Shown one piece after another: positions 47,262-56,932 of a DNA stretch of 64,000 nucleotides. A program made the translations under genes and the position numbers. This DNA is from an uncultured Gammaproteobacteria bacterium (GTDB lineage Bacteria; Patescibacteriota; Microgenomatia; UBA8517). Under the pieces are notes generated by a model, which was given only the letters and a program-made list of their open reading frames with translations, was not told the origin of the DNA and searched no databases. The stretch lies in assembly GCA_964489145.1 (NCBI GenBank), contig CAZAXL010000002.1, positions 2,992 through 66,991 of the forward strand. Reading direction: 5' to 3'. Position 1 is the first letter of the stretch. Each line of letters opens with the position of its first letter.

Positions 47262-48425
47262 ATGAATACGCGCGATGAATATATTGAAAAATTAAGCAAG
47301 ATTGCGAAAATGACCCCTGATGAGGCCAAAAGAGTCCTTCTTGATGAAGTTCAAAAAGACTTAACCGGTGAAATTGCCAAGAAAATTAGGGCTGCCGAAG
47401 AGAAAATTAAGGAAGAAGCCCATGACAAAGCGGAAGAAATCCTAATAGATGCCATGAAGCATGGGGCAACCGAATATACAGCCGAGTACACAGTTTCTTC
47501 GGTAAAAGTTCCCAACGAGGATGTTAAGGGCAGAATCATCGGTGCCGGGGGTAGGAACATTAGAACTTTTGAAAAAGAAGCCGGGGTTGAAATTGAAATC
47601 GACGAAACAGACGAAATCAGACTTTCATCGTTTGACTCTGTAAGACGCGAAATTGCCAGGCGAGCCCTGGATATTTTGATTAAAGATGCCCGAATTCAGC
47701 CGTCAAGGATCGAAGAAGTAATACGTCAAGTGAAAACCGAGATGGAGGAAGTTCTTCTCGAGGAGGGAAAGAAAGTTACACATGAATGTGGGGTTTATAA
47801 TTTACCCGTCGAACTTATGCGTATGATTGGTCGTTTTAGGTTTAGAACTTCTTATGGTCAAAATCTCGGAATTCACACTATTGAAGAAACCAGGATGGGA
47901 GTTGCTATCGCAAATGAAATTGGGGCAAATGCTGACGTGGTAAGACTTGGATGTTTACTCCACGATATTGGAAAAGTTATTACAAATGAAGAAGGAAACC
48001 ATATTGAACTTGGTGTGAATTTACTTAAAAAATATGGAATTCCCAAAGAAGTCATAGCTTGTGTGGCGGAACATCATGAAGACAGGCCTTTTTCCAGCAA
48101 TGAAAGTGTAATTGTTTGGATGGCGGACGCCATCTCCGGAAGCAGGCCCGGTGCCCGCTACGAGCCGCACGAAGATTATGTTAAAAGAATGAGCACAATA
48201 GAGGAAGTTGCAAAAGGTTTTCCCGGAGTGGATGTTGCCTTTGCATTTCAAGCAGGTCGTGATGTCCGTGTAATTGTTAATCCGGATGAGGTCGATGACG
48301 ATAAACTGACCGTATTGGCGCATGATATTGCCAGAAAACTGGAAAAAGAAGCAGAATACGCGGGACAAATCAAGGTTTCCGTCATCCGCGAGGTCAGGGC
48401 CACCGAGACGACTTCGGCAAAATAA
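47262..48425 (+). CDS. rny: Ribonuclease Y lacking the N-terminal membrane anchor
   Basis: KH domain (KGRIIG.GGRNIR), RTSYGQN, HD motif LLHDIGK, ADAISGSRPGAR, QAGRDVRV. Confidence 0.95.
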   Translation: MNTRDEYIEKLSKIAKMTPDEAKRVLLDEVQKDLTGEIAKKIRAAEEKIKEEAHDKAEEILIDAMKHGATEYTAEYTVSSVKVPNEDVKGRIIGAGGRNIRTFEKEAGVEIEIDETDEIRLSSFDSVRREIARRALDILIKDARIQPSRIEEVIRQVKTEMEEVLLEEGKKVTHECGVYNLPVELMRMIGRFRFRTSYGQNLGIHTIEETRMGVAIANEIGANADVVRLGCLLHDIGKVITNEEGNHIELGVNLLKKYGIPKEVIACVAEHHEDRPFSSNESVIVWMADAISGSRPGARYEPHEDYVKRMSTIEEVAKGFPGVDVAFAFQAGRDVRVIVNPDEVDDDKLTVLAHDIARKLEKEAEYAGQIKVSVIREVRATETTSAK

Positions 48426-48435
48426 AACACTTTTC

Positions 48436-48464
48436 TTGACATTTTGTAAATCTTGCCGTATTCT
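48436..48464 (+). promoter_or_regulatory. Sigma70 promoter for hup (TTGACA-17-TATTCT)
   Basis: Boxes at 48436-48441 and 48459-48464; ATG 9 nt downstream. Confidence 0.65.
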
Positions 48465-48473
48465 TGAGGCAAT

Positions 48474-48749
48474 ATGACAAAAGCAGAACTTCTTGATCAG
48501 GTTGCCAGAAAGGCGCACTTAACCAAAAAAGCGGCAGAAGAGGCAATTGATGTTTTTTTGGATGAGGTCGGCAGAGTTCTTAGTAAAGGTGAAAAAGTTG
48601 TTCTTTCCGGATTTGGAACTTTTAGGGTGATTTCGATGAAAGGTAAAACCGTTAAAATTCCAAAAACAGAAAAGTTGGTTACGATCAAGACCCACAGACT
48701 TCCAAGGTTTACTCCGGGTAAAAAACTCAAAAGACAAGTCTCCCGATAA
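48474..48749 (+). CDS. hup: HU family DNA-binding protein
   Basis: MTKAEL, V.LSGFGTF, P.F.PGK.LK. Confidence 0.95.
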   Translation: MTKAELLDQVARKAHLTKKAAEEAIDVFLDEVGRVLSKGEKVVLSGFGTFRVISMKGKTVKIPKTEKLVTIKTHRLPRFTPGKKLKRQVSR

Positions 48750-48786
48750 TTATTAATTTATAATTATTCGATGGTATACTCTAGCT

Positions 48787-49773
48787 ATGGACAGAGCCAT
48801 AATTGTCGATGGTTTGGTAAAGGATTTTGAAGTTACGGAAAGGGAACCGGGACTGACAGGTGCTTTTAAATCCCTTATTTCTCCCAAGAAAAAAATTATC
48901 AATGCACTTAAGGGAGTTTCTTTTGCAATTCAACCGGGTGAGCTTGTTGGTTTTATAGGACCAAACGGTGCAGGGAAGACTACAACATTAAAAACACTTT
49001 CAGGTCTTTTATATCCGACAGCCGGTTTTGTAGAAGTTTTGGAATTTGATCCCTGGAAGAGAAATCCTGAGTTTTTAAAACAAATCTCTCTTGTGATGGG
49101 GCAGAAAAACCAGCTTTGGTGGGATCTTCCCGCAATAGAAACCTTTGAACTAAACCGTGCAATTTATGATATTCCGACGCGTTCATATAATGAAAACTTG
49201 AAGGAATTAACGGAACTACTGGACGTCGAGAAACTTCTCAATACGCCTGTCAGGAAACTTTCTTTGGGACAACGCATGAGAATGGAACTGGTTGCTGCCC
49301 TCATCCATAAACCCAAAGTTTTATTTTTAGATGAACCAACAATCGGTCTTGATATTATTGCTCAGCAAAAAGTCCGCGATTTTATCTACGATTACAATCG
49401 TAAATATAACGCCACGGTTCTTCTGACATCCCACAATATGGGTGATCTTACCAACTTAGCAAGACGCGTAATCATCATCAATGACGGGAAAATTCTTTAT
49501 GACGGAGCTTTTGAAGATCTGATTATGCAGTATGCCAAAGAAAAAATTATCAAGGCAACCCTTTCCAACGAAAATAATATTTCCAATTTAGAAAAGATCG
49601 GAAAAATTAAAAAATTATCCTTTCCTGAAGTGGTTTTTTCCGTTCCGCGTTCGGCTGCAGCTGTTGCCGCTTCGGAACTTTTGCAAAATTTTCCGGTTGA
49701 TGACCTGACAATCGAAGAAATCCCGATTGAGGAAATTATCAGAAAAGCATTCAAAAGTGAACCGAAAAAATAA
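48787..49773 (+). CDS. ABC transporter ATP-binding protein
   Basis: GPNGAGKTT, LSLGQRMR, LDEPTIGLD, TSH. Confidence 0.95.
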   Translation: MDRAIIVDGLVKDFEVTEREPGLTGAFKSLISPKKKIINALKGVSFAIQPGELVGFIGPNGAGKTTTLKTLSGLLYPTAGFVEVLEFDPWKRNPEFLKQISLVMGQKNQLWWDLPAIETFELNRAIYDIPTRSYNENLKELTELLDVEKLLNTPVRKLSLGQRMRMELVAALIHKPKVLFLDEPTIGLDIIAQQKVRDFIYDYNRKYNATVLLTSHNMGDLTNLARRVIIINDGKILYDGAFEDLIMQYAKEKIIKATLSNENNISNLEKIGKIKKLSFPEVVFSVPRSAAAVAASELLQNFPVDDLTIEEIPIEEIIRKAFKSEPKK

Positions 49774-49841
49774 GATGCGATGTCACAAGTACCATCTTTC
49801 TTGTCACTTAGAAAGGATTCTAGCAAAGCTAGAGAAATGTG

Positions 49842-50645
49842 ATGAAAAAATATTTGCAGATCTTCAAGATTTCCTTTGAGGAGGAATTTGCCTACAGATT
49901 AAATTTCATTCTTTGGAGAATTCGAAACGTCATGCAAATTTTTCTTACCTACTTTATTTGGAGTACTGTTTATTCCGATCCGGCAAAGCAAATTTTTGGC
50001 TACGACAGAACAAAAATTTTAACTTACGTATTTGGAATAATGATAGTTAGAGCTTTGGTCCTATCAGCTCGGGCAATGGATGTATCAAATGACGTGGCAA
50101 GCGGAAACCTTTCAAATTATCTGACAAAACCGGTGAATTATTTTAAATACTGGTTTACAAGAGACATTTCAAGCAAAGTTTTAAATTTGATTTTCGCTAC
50201 GATAGAATTTATTTTGCTTTTTTTAGTTTTAAAACCACCCTTTTTGTTTCAAACAAATATTGCCGTAATTTTGGCATTTTTAGTAAGCATAATCTTTGCG
50301 GTTATCATATATTTCCTGATTCTTTTTTTGCTTAGCTCAATTCCATTTTGGATTCCGGAGATAGGTTGGGGTTCTCATTTCTTGGTTACAGTGGTAATTG
50401 TAGAGGCATTATCAGGTTCGCTTTTCCCGATAAATATTTTGCCCCAGGGGCTGCAGTCGATAATTTTAGCGACCCCTTTTCCATATCTGATTTATTTTCC
50501 GGTTGAGGTGTATTTGGGTAATATTAGCGGTTGGGCTCTTTTTGGGGGTTTGATGGTTGCCGCGTCTTGGGTAGGAGTTTTATGGATTTTTCTTAATGTT
50601 GTTTGGCAAAAAGGACTAAAAGTTTATCAGTCATTTGGAGGGTAA
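49842..50645 (+). CDS. ABC-2 family (DUF990-type) permease
   Basis: About 6 TM segments, YRLNF, G.LS.YL.KP, LSG..FP. Confidence 0.85.
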   Translation: MKKYLQIFKISFEEEFAYRLNFILWRIRNVMQIFLTYFIWSTVYSDPAKQIFGYDRTKILTYVFGIMIVRALVLSARAMDVSNDVASGNLSNYLTKPVNYFKYWFTRDISSKVLNLIFATIEFILLFLVLKPPFLFQTNIAVILAFLVSIIFAVIIYFLILFLLSSIPFWIPEIGWGSHFLVTVVIVEALSGSLFPINILPQGLQSIILATPFPYLIYFPVEVYLGNISGWALFGGLMVAASWVGVLWIFLNVVWQKGLKVYQSFGG

Positions 50646-50649
50646 CATT

Positions 50650-51432
50650 ATGTTTAAAAAATATTTTAAAATTTGGTGGATGATGAGCAGAAATTCTTTT
50701 TCGGCGGTATTGGGACAAAAACTCGCCCTTTCGATGTTTTTAGTCGGAAAGATTTTTCGGTTTATTTTCTTTTTCCTTTTTTTGTATTTTCTTTTGAAAG
50801 GAACCGGAAGTCTGGCTGGCTATTCCGGCAACCAAATTATTTTCTTCTTTTTAACGTTTAGTCTGGTTGATGTAACAACACAGTTTTTGTTTAGAGAAGT
50901 TTACAATTTTAGGCCAATGATAATAAAAGGAGATTTTGACTTGGTTTTGGTTAAGCCGCTTAATGCTCTTTTTCGGGTTCTGATGGGAGGGGCTGATGTC
51001 ATTGATTTAATAACAATTCCACCGCTTGTTATTTTAACAATCGTTTATGGTGTGAGTCTTCAACCGACGATGTCCGGAGTCTTGATTTATTTAATTTTAT
51101 TAATAAACGGTTTTTTGATTGCCACGGCTTTTCATATAGCAATTCTGGCGTTTGCAATTGTTACCACAGAAGTCGATCACGCAGTAATGATTTACAGAGA
51201 TTTAACCAATCTGGGAAGGCTCCCTGTAGATATTTACAAAGAACCTATGAAAGGTTTTTTAACATACTTAATACCTGTTGGAATTATGATGACGACTCCG
51301 GTAAAAGCCATGATCGGCGGTGTAAGTGTTCTTGGAATAGTAATAGCCTTTTCAGTCGGTATTTTATCGATGTTTTTTTCCTTAAAGTTTTGGAATTTTG
51401 CTCTTACAAAGTATACTAGCGCCAGCAGCTAA
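50650..51432 (+). CDS. ABC-2 family (DUF990-type) permease
   Basis: About 6 TM segments, GDFD..LVKP, P.DIY, YTSASS. Confidence 0.85.
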   Translation: MFKKYFKIWWMMSRNSFSAVLGQKLALSMFLVGKIFRFIFFFLFLYFLLKGTGSLAGYSGNQIIFFFLTFSLVDVTTQFLFREVYNFRPMIIKGDFDLVLVKPLNALFRVLMGGADVIDLITIPPLVILTIVYGVSLQPTMSGVLIYLILLINGFLIATAFHIAILAFAIVTTEVDHAVMIYRDLTNLGRLPVDIYKEPMKGFLTYLIPVGIMMTTPVKAMIGGVSVLGIVIAFSVGILSMFFSLKFWNFALTKYTSASS

Positions 51433-51434
51433 AA

Positions 51435-52409
51435 ATGAATAAATTATTGGTTGTTTGTGGCCCCACATCAACCGGAAAAACCGGCTTGGCAATTTCTCTT
51501 GCTAAAAAATTTAATGGGGAAATAGTTTCTGCCGACTCCCGCCAAGTCTATAAAGGTTTAAATATCGGAACAGGTAAAGATTTACCAAAAGGCGCAAAAC
51601 TTAAATATTTGTGGATAAAAAGATTTGGTTATTATGAAATTAAGGACGTAAGAATTTGGGGATATGATTTGGCTGATCCAAGACACAGTTTTAGTGTGTC
51701 TCAATATTTAAAATTTGCAGAAAGAATTATTGCTGACATAATTAAAAGAGGAAAATTGCCTATACTGGTAGGTGGCACCGGCCTTTACATAAAAGGAGTT
51801 ATCGACGGGATTTCCACGGCAGAGGTTCCCAAAAGCAGTGCTTTAAGAAAAAGCTTAGAAGATAAGTCTTCGGAAGAGCTTTTTGAAAACCTGGCGCAAA
51901 TAGATTCAATAAAAGCCGCAGGAATGAATGTTTCTGACAAGAAAAATCCAAGACGTCTAGTTCGTGCGATAGAGATAGCTATGTGGCGGGTGAATCATGG
52001 CAGTAAAGAGTCTGAGATAAAAAACAAAAAAATTGATCTTGATGTTTTGCAAATAGGGCTTGCCGCAAATAAAAAATATTTAAACAACAAAATTGAGCAG
52101 AGAGTATCGGAGAGATTTAAAGAAAAGCTAAAAAACGAAATAGCAAACTTATTAAAAAACCATGTTGGTTGGGAGATGCAATCAATGAGTTCTATGGGAT
52201 ATGGGGAGTGGCGGGATTTTTTTGAAGGGAAAAAATCGGAAAAGGAAGTAATAGAAACTTGGGAAAAGGAAGAAAAAAAGTATGTAAAAAGACAAATAAC
52301 CTGGTTTAAAAAGGACGGTAGGATAAAATGGTTTGATATAACTAATAAGGATTACCCCGAAAGTGTGGAAAAAATATTCGAAAAATGGCATAATAGAGCC
52401 GATGCTTAG
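51435..52409 (+). CDS. miaA: tRNA dimethylallyltransferase
   Basis: GPTSTGKT, SADSRQVY, VGGTGLY, Y.KRQ.TW. Confidence 0.96.
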   Translation: MNKLLVVCGPTSTGKTGLAISLAKKFNGEIVSADSRQVYKGLNIGTGKDLPKGAKLKYLWIKRFGYYEIKDVRIWGYDLADPRHSFSVSQYLKFAERIIADIIKRGKLPILVGGTGLYIKGVIDGISTAEVPKSSALRKSLEDKSSEELFENLAQIDSIKAAGMNVSDKKNPRRLVRAIEIAMWRVNHGSKESEIKNKKIDLDVLQIGLAANKKYLNNKIEQRVSERFKEKLKNEIANLLKNHVGWEMQSMSSMGYGEWRDFFEGKKSEKEVIETWEKEEKKYVKRQITWFKKDGRIKWFDITNKDYPESVEKIFEKWHNRADA

Positions 52410-53367
52410 GAAAATTGATATTTCTCACAAAACCATCATCTTTACAGTCCTTTTTCTTTTAGGACTGGGACTTCTCTATTTTATTCGTGAAATAATTTTA
52501 GAACTTTTCGTTGCTTTCTTACTGATGACAATTTTGGATCCTTTAGTAAATTTATTTGCCAGACTTAAAATTCACAGAAGCTTATCGGTTATTATTACTT
52601 ATATTTTGGTTCTTGGAGTTTTTGGAGGGGTTGTTGCCCTGATCACTCCGGCTTTGGTTCAACAAACAACAAATTTTGTCAGTGCGTTTCCAACATACCT
52701 TTCAAATATTGGTTTAAATTCCTCTGAAACAGCGGGTATAACTAGCGGAATTTTGAATCAAATAGGGGGTGTTTTGAATTTCACCTTTTCCGTTTTTTCT
52801 AATTTTATTTCCGTAATCACTATTTTGGTTTTTGCATTCTATATGCTTATGGGCTATAGCGGCATGAGAGATCAGATAGTTCTTTTGCTGGGTCAGGAAA
52901 AGGGGCAGAGGGTAAGCAAGTTAATTATTGCAATTGAGGAAAGACTGGGTAAATGGTCCAGAGGAGAACTGCTTTTAATGCTGGTGGTGGCGATAGGGAA
53001 TTATTTGGGATACCTCTTACTTAAGATTCCGTTTGCTCTTCCCTTGGCTATTCTGACAGGAATATTTGAGATAGTTCCGGTCCTGGGACCGATTATTTCT
53101 GCCGTTCCTGCTGTTCTTATCGGATTCGGAATATCCCCATTAACAGGGGTGGGCGCTGCTGCTGTTGCCTTTTTGGTTAATCAATTGGAAAATTACGTTT
53201 TGGTTCCTAAAATAATGCAAAAGTCGGCGGGTGTTTCTCCACTTTTGGTTCTTATTTCAATAACAATTGGGGCAAAGCTGGCAGGGGTCATGGGGGTAAT
53301 TATTGCAGTTCCTTTCGTAATTATGTTGCAGGTGTTTTTAAAGGAATATCTGGGAAGAGAAAGTTAA
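52402..53367 (+). CDS. AI-2E family transporter
   Basis: Multi-TM, P.LGP, QLENY.L.PK.M..S.GVSP; ATG at 52402 preferred. Confidence 0.9.
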   Translation: MLRKIDISHKTIIFTVLFLLGLGLLYFIREIILELFVAFLLMTILDPLVNLFARLKIHRSLSVIITYILVLGVFGGVVALITPALVQQTTNFVSAFPTYLSNIGLNSSETAGITSGILNQIGGVLNFTFSVFSNFISVITILVFAFYMLMGYSGMRDQIVLLLGQEKGQRVSKLIIAIEERLGKWSRGELLLMLVVAIGNYLGYLLLKIPFALPLAILTGIFEIVPVLGPIISAVPAVLIGFGISPLTGVGAAAVAFLVNQLENYVLVPKIMQKSAGVSPLLVLISITIGAKLAGVMGVIIAVPFVIMLQVFLKEYLGRES

Positions 53368-53372
53368 ACTCC

Positions 53373-53403
53373 ACAAAAAACCACCATTTCTGGTGGTTTT
53401 TGT
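53373..53403. terminator. Bidirectional intrinsic terminator
   Basis: A-tract, CCACCA-TTTC-TGGTGG stem-loop and T-tract between the convergent AI-2E gene and rnpB. Confidence 0.8.
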
Positions 53404-53442
53404 ACTCTGAAGATTAGTAAGCGGAGCTTGTTAATCGCTATT

Positions 53443-53478
53443 CATAAAAATACCCACCTTGCGGTGGGTACCTTTATG
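53443..53478 (-). terminator. Intrinsic terminator of rnpB
   Basis: TACCCACC-TTGC-GGTGGGTA hairpin followed by TTTTT on the minus strand. Confidence 0.78.
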
Positions 53479-53854
53479 CTCTGGAGATTAGTAAGCCAGG
53501 TTCTGTTTCTCGATGATCATCCATCTTTTGACGGGCTTACGCCCGCCAAACTGATAAGTTTGTCTGTCAAATGACAAGCTTCGCTTATCTAACGCCCTCG
53601 AACCTCGGGACTTGGGAAAGCGCCTCAAACGTCCCTTTCGGAGGTTGCAGCGGGGAGGATTGCCTCTTTTCACTCGTTTCCTTCTACCTTTAGGGTAAAA
53701 GAATCGACATAGTTTCTGTGGCTCTCACTGGCCAAACCTAAAATTACTCTTAAGCCCGTCTCCAGCTTACGCTGGACACCCTGCTTTCTGCTGCCTGGAC
53801 TTTCCTCTGTATTTAGAGCTAGGCTCAAACACAGCGATCATCCTTTCTCCAGAG
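53479..53854 (-). ncRNA. rnpB: RNase P RNA
   Basis: Minus strand has GAGGAAAGTCC near the 5' end and ACAGAACCTGGCTTA near the 3' end (P4), closed by CTCTGGAG/CTCCAGAG (P1); TGGTATACT promoter at 53870-53862. Confidence 0.95.
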
Positions 53855-54026
53855 TGGTTGAAGTATACCACTTTTTGAGCCATTTTTCAGTAAAAACCGA
53901 CTGAATGTATAGGAGTTAATACTTTGATTTACCACGGTGTGTTTGTACTGAATCTGTGGTATAATGACACGTCTAGCTTATAATTTTGGCCGTTTGGATA
54001 AACTTCTAATATTTAAGCTCGATAAT

Positions 54027-54431
54027 ATGAACAAACGACTTTTCGTAGCTGGCCTACCCTTTTCAAGCACTCAAGATGAGTTAAGAGATCTTTTTGCTGG
54101 TGTGGGGAATGTTGTGTCCGCATCGATTATTACCGATAGAGAAACAGGCAGATCAAAAGGTTTTGGTTTTGTGGAAATGGAAACTTCTGAGGAAGCATCT
54201 AGTGCAATTGCCAAACTTAATGACACTGATTTTGGTGGAAGGAAATTGATTGTAGCTGAGGCTAAACCAATGGAGGAAAGGCGCGACAGACCCCAAGGAG
54301 GGGGTTTTGGTGGAAGAAGTGGAGGTTTTGGAAAAAGAGAAGATTTCGGAAGACGCGAGGGAGGACGTGGAAATTTTGGTAGGAGTGGAAAGATCGGTCA
54401 CAGACCGGGAAGAGGGGGATTTAGCAGATGA
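54027..54431 (+). CDS. RRM RNA-binding protein with RGG-rich tail
   Basis: RNP2 LFVAGL, RNP1 KGFGFVEM; ATG at 54027 preferred; TGGTATAAT upstream. Confidence 0.93.
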   Translation: MNKRLFVAGLPFSSTQDELRDLFAGVGNVVSASIITDRETGRSKGFGFVEMETSEEASSAIAKLNDTDFGGRKLIVAEAKPMEERRDRPQGGGFGGRSGGFGKREDFGRREGGRGNFGRSGKIGHRPGRGGFSR

Positions 54432-54661
54432 GCAAGTGTCCACGCTGCGGAAAAGAGAGAGTAATCGTCTCTTCTCACGATGAAATGGTATCTAAATCAA
54501 AAATCACCTATACGCAAACTATTTGTCCTGATCCTGAGTGCCAAAAAGTAGTCGAGAAAAATCTTAAAAACGATGAGAAAAAACGGGCTGTGCTTAAAGA
54601 TGAACAGGAAAAAAGATTGCTTCAAAGGTTGGCTGCTAAAAAAGTTTTAAATATTTCTTAG
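54428..54661 (+). CDS. Small zinc-finger/coiled-coil protein
   Basis: CPRC and CPDPEC motifs; start overlaps the RRM gene stop (ATGA). Confidence 0.7.
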   Translation: MSKCPRCGKERVIVSSHDEMVSKSKITYTQTICPDPECQKVVEKNLKNDEKKRAVLKDEQEKRLLQRLAAKKVLNIS

Positions 54662-54689
54662 ATTCTTCTATCTAGTATAATATACTCAT

Positions 54690-55334
54690 ATGAGACTTCG
54701 ACTTCGGGGTTTTACTCTGGTTGAGATCTTAATTGTTGTTGCACTTATTGGAGTTTTAATAATATTCTCTCTATTAAATGTACCTACTCAAATTGCAAAA
54801 GCCCGGGACGCAGAAAGAAAAGGGGATATTGATGAAATCGGTAAATTCGTTGAAGAATTTTATATTGATACCGGTTGTTACCCTGTCTCAGTACCCGCTT
54901 GCGGAAACCCTTTTCGTCTAGGTAACAAAACTTACATTTCAAATCTGCCCTGTGATCCTACAACATCAAATTCATATGTATATGTCAGTGAAATCAATTC
55001 TTGTCCCAGCTGGTTCCAACTTTATGGGAATCTGAATTACACAGAAGATAGCATTATAGATACACTTGGTTGTCGAAACGGCTGTGGACCAAAGTGTCAA
55101 TTTAATTATGGGACAGCCAGTTCAAATGTAAGATTAAACCCGTTTTGCCAAGATACTCCAGCCCAACAACCTTCCAATCTTCAATATGTTTGTGCTCCGG
55201 GAGGGGGATGTGAAGCATTTATGTTTCCTGAACTTTCAGGTTGTCCGGATATTTATTTAAACGATTCAACTTGTCAAGATCAGTGTAGTGACCCTAAAAA
55301 CAGGTGTCATGATTCGAGAGGAAAAACAAATTAA
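54690..55334 (+). CDS. Type IV pilin / PulG-like pseudopilin with Cys-rich C-terminus
   Basis: Prepilin cleavage site G|FTLVE, hydrophobic helix, KARDA.RK.D, 14 Cys. Confidence 0.88.
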   Translation: MRLRLRGFTLVEILIVVALIGVLIIFSLLNVPTQIAKARDAERKGDIDEIGKFVEEFYIDTGCYPVSVPACGNPFRLGNKTYISNLPCDPTTSNSYVYVSEINSCPSWFQLYGNLNYTEDSIIDTLGCRNGCGPKCQFNYGTASSNVRLNPFCQDTPAQQPSNLQYVCAPGGGCEAFMFPELSGCPDIYLNDSTCQDQCSDPKNRCHDSRGKTN

Positions 55335-55388
55335 ATTATCTTCATCTTTTAGATATTCTGAAATTGTATTATATTTTAATTAGTCGAT

Positions 55389-56918
55389 ATGCTTTCAAAA
55401 ATTGTCTCCGGTGCTGTCTGTGGGCTAAACGCGGTTCTTATCGATGTTGAAGTTGATGTTGCCACTCAAGGACTGCCAAGCTTTACCATTGTTGGTCTTC
55501 CGGATAAAGCGGTCGAAGAGTCAAAAGAGAGAGTCAGATCAGCAATAAAAAATAGCGGTGCCGACTTTCCCATTACCCGAATTACAGTCAACTTGGCACC
55601 TGCAGATCTACCTAAGATGGGCCCTGCATATGATTTACCAATTGCTCTTGGAATATTAATTGCGTCTGGCCAGATTGCACCCGATATTTCTGATTCCATT
55701 TTCTTCGGCGAACTTTCACTCGACGGAACGCTAAGGCATACAAATGGAATTTTACCGATGACATATCTTGCCAGAGAGAAAAAAATTAAAAATGTATTTG
55801 TCCCGAAAATTAATGAAAAGGAAGCATCGGTTATTTCAGGTGTTGATGTTTACTCTATCGATTCACTTTTATCATTGGTACGATTTTTTAGCAGAACTAT
55901 AGAGATTTTACCTGCCGCCAAAACTGATCTAAAGAAATTACTTACAAAAAGCGATGCCGAGTTTGATTTTTCGGAGGTTGTCGGTCAGGAACAGGCAAAA
56001 AGAGCTCTCGAAATTGCTGCCGCCGGGGGACACAACATTTTTCTGAGGGGCACGCCGGGTTCAGGGAAGACAATGTTGGCAAGAGCACTCCCGGGAATTT
56101 TACCGACGCTTACAGAAGACGAATCTTTAGAGGTAACAAAAATCTATTCAATTACGGGAAATTTACCGGAGGGAGAATCAATAATTACAAAACGTTCTTT
56201 CAGAAGTCCACACCACACAACCAGCAGAATTGGTTTAATCGGAGGCGGCAGTAATCCCATGCCCGGAGAAATTTCACTGGCCCACCGTGGGGTTCTTTTT
56301 TTGGATGAATTTCCGGAATTTCCAAGACATGTTTTAGAAGCTCTCAGACAGCCTTTGGAAGATGGAAAAGTTTCAATATCAAGAGCAAAAGGATCATTTA
56401 CTTATCCTGCACAATTTTTGCTGATAGCTGCGAGTAATCCCTGTCCGTGTGGATATTTTGGAGACCTAAAAAGAACATGTACATGTCTCCCCGGAATGAT
56501 TGCAAGATACCAAAAAAGAATTTCGGGCCCAATAATGGACAGAATTGATATCCACGTTGATGTTCCTTCTGTCGAAACACAAAAATTAGTTGATGACAAA
56601 GGACAAAAAAGAGAATCCTCACGTCGAATTCAAAGTAGGGTTCAAAATGCACGCAATATGCAACTTAAGAGATTTAAGAAAATGGGAATAAAATCTAACT
56701 CAGAAATGACAACCCGTGACGTTAAAAATTTTTGTGAGATAGATGAACCATCAAGAACTATTATGATAAGTGCTGCCGCAACAATGAACCTTTCGGCCAG
56801 AAGTTATTTTAAGGTTATAAAAATTGCCAGGACAATTGCGGATCTGGCCGGGGACACTAAAGCCTCCTCAACTCATATTGCAGAGGCGCTTCAATACCGC
56901 CCAAAAGTTGAAAATTAG
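55389..56918 (+). CDS. comM: ComM/YifB Mg-chelatase-like AAA+ ATPase
   Basis: IVGLPD..V.ES.ERV, G.PGSGKT, PGEISLAHRGVLFLDE, NPCPCG. Confidence 0.95.
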   Translation: MLSKIVSGAVCGLNAVLIDVEVDVATQGLPSFTIVGLPDKAVEESKERVRSAIKNSGADFPITRITVNLAPADLPKMGPAYDLPIALGILIASGQIAPDISDSIFFGELSLDGTLRHTNGILPMTYLAREKKIKNVFVPKINEKEASVISGVDVYSIDSLLSLVRFFSRTIEILPAAKTDLKKLLTKSDAEFDFSEVVGQEQAKRALEIAAAGGHNIFLRGTPGSGKTMLARALPGILPTLTEDESLEVTKIYSITGNLPEGESIITKRSFRSPHHTTSRIGLIGGGSNPMPGEISLAHRGVLFLDEFPEFPRHVLEALRQPLEDGKVSISRAKGSFTYPAQFLLIAASNPCPCGYFGDLKRTCTCLPGMIARYQKRISGPIMDRIDIHVDVPSVETQKLVDDKGQKRESSRRIQSRVQNARNMQLKRFKKMGIKSNSEMTTRDVKNFCEIDEPSRTIMISAAATMNLSARSYFKVIKIARTIADLAGDTKASSTHIAEALQYRPKVEN

Positions 56919-56932
56919 TGTAGAATAACCGT

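Noticed and set aside
53488-53673. 61-aa minus-strand ORF
   Set aside because: Lies entirely within the RNase P RNA gene
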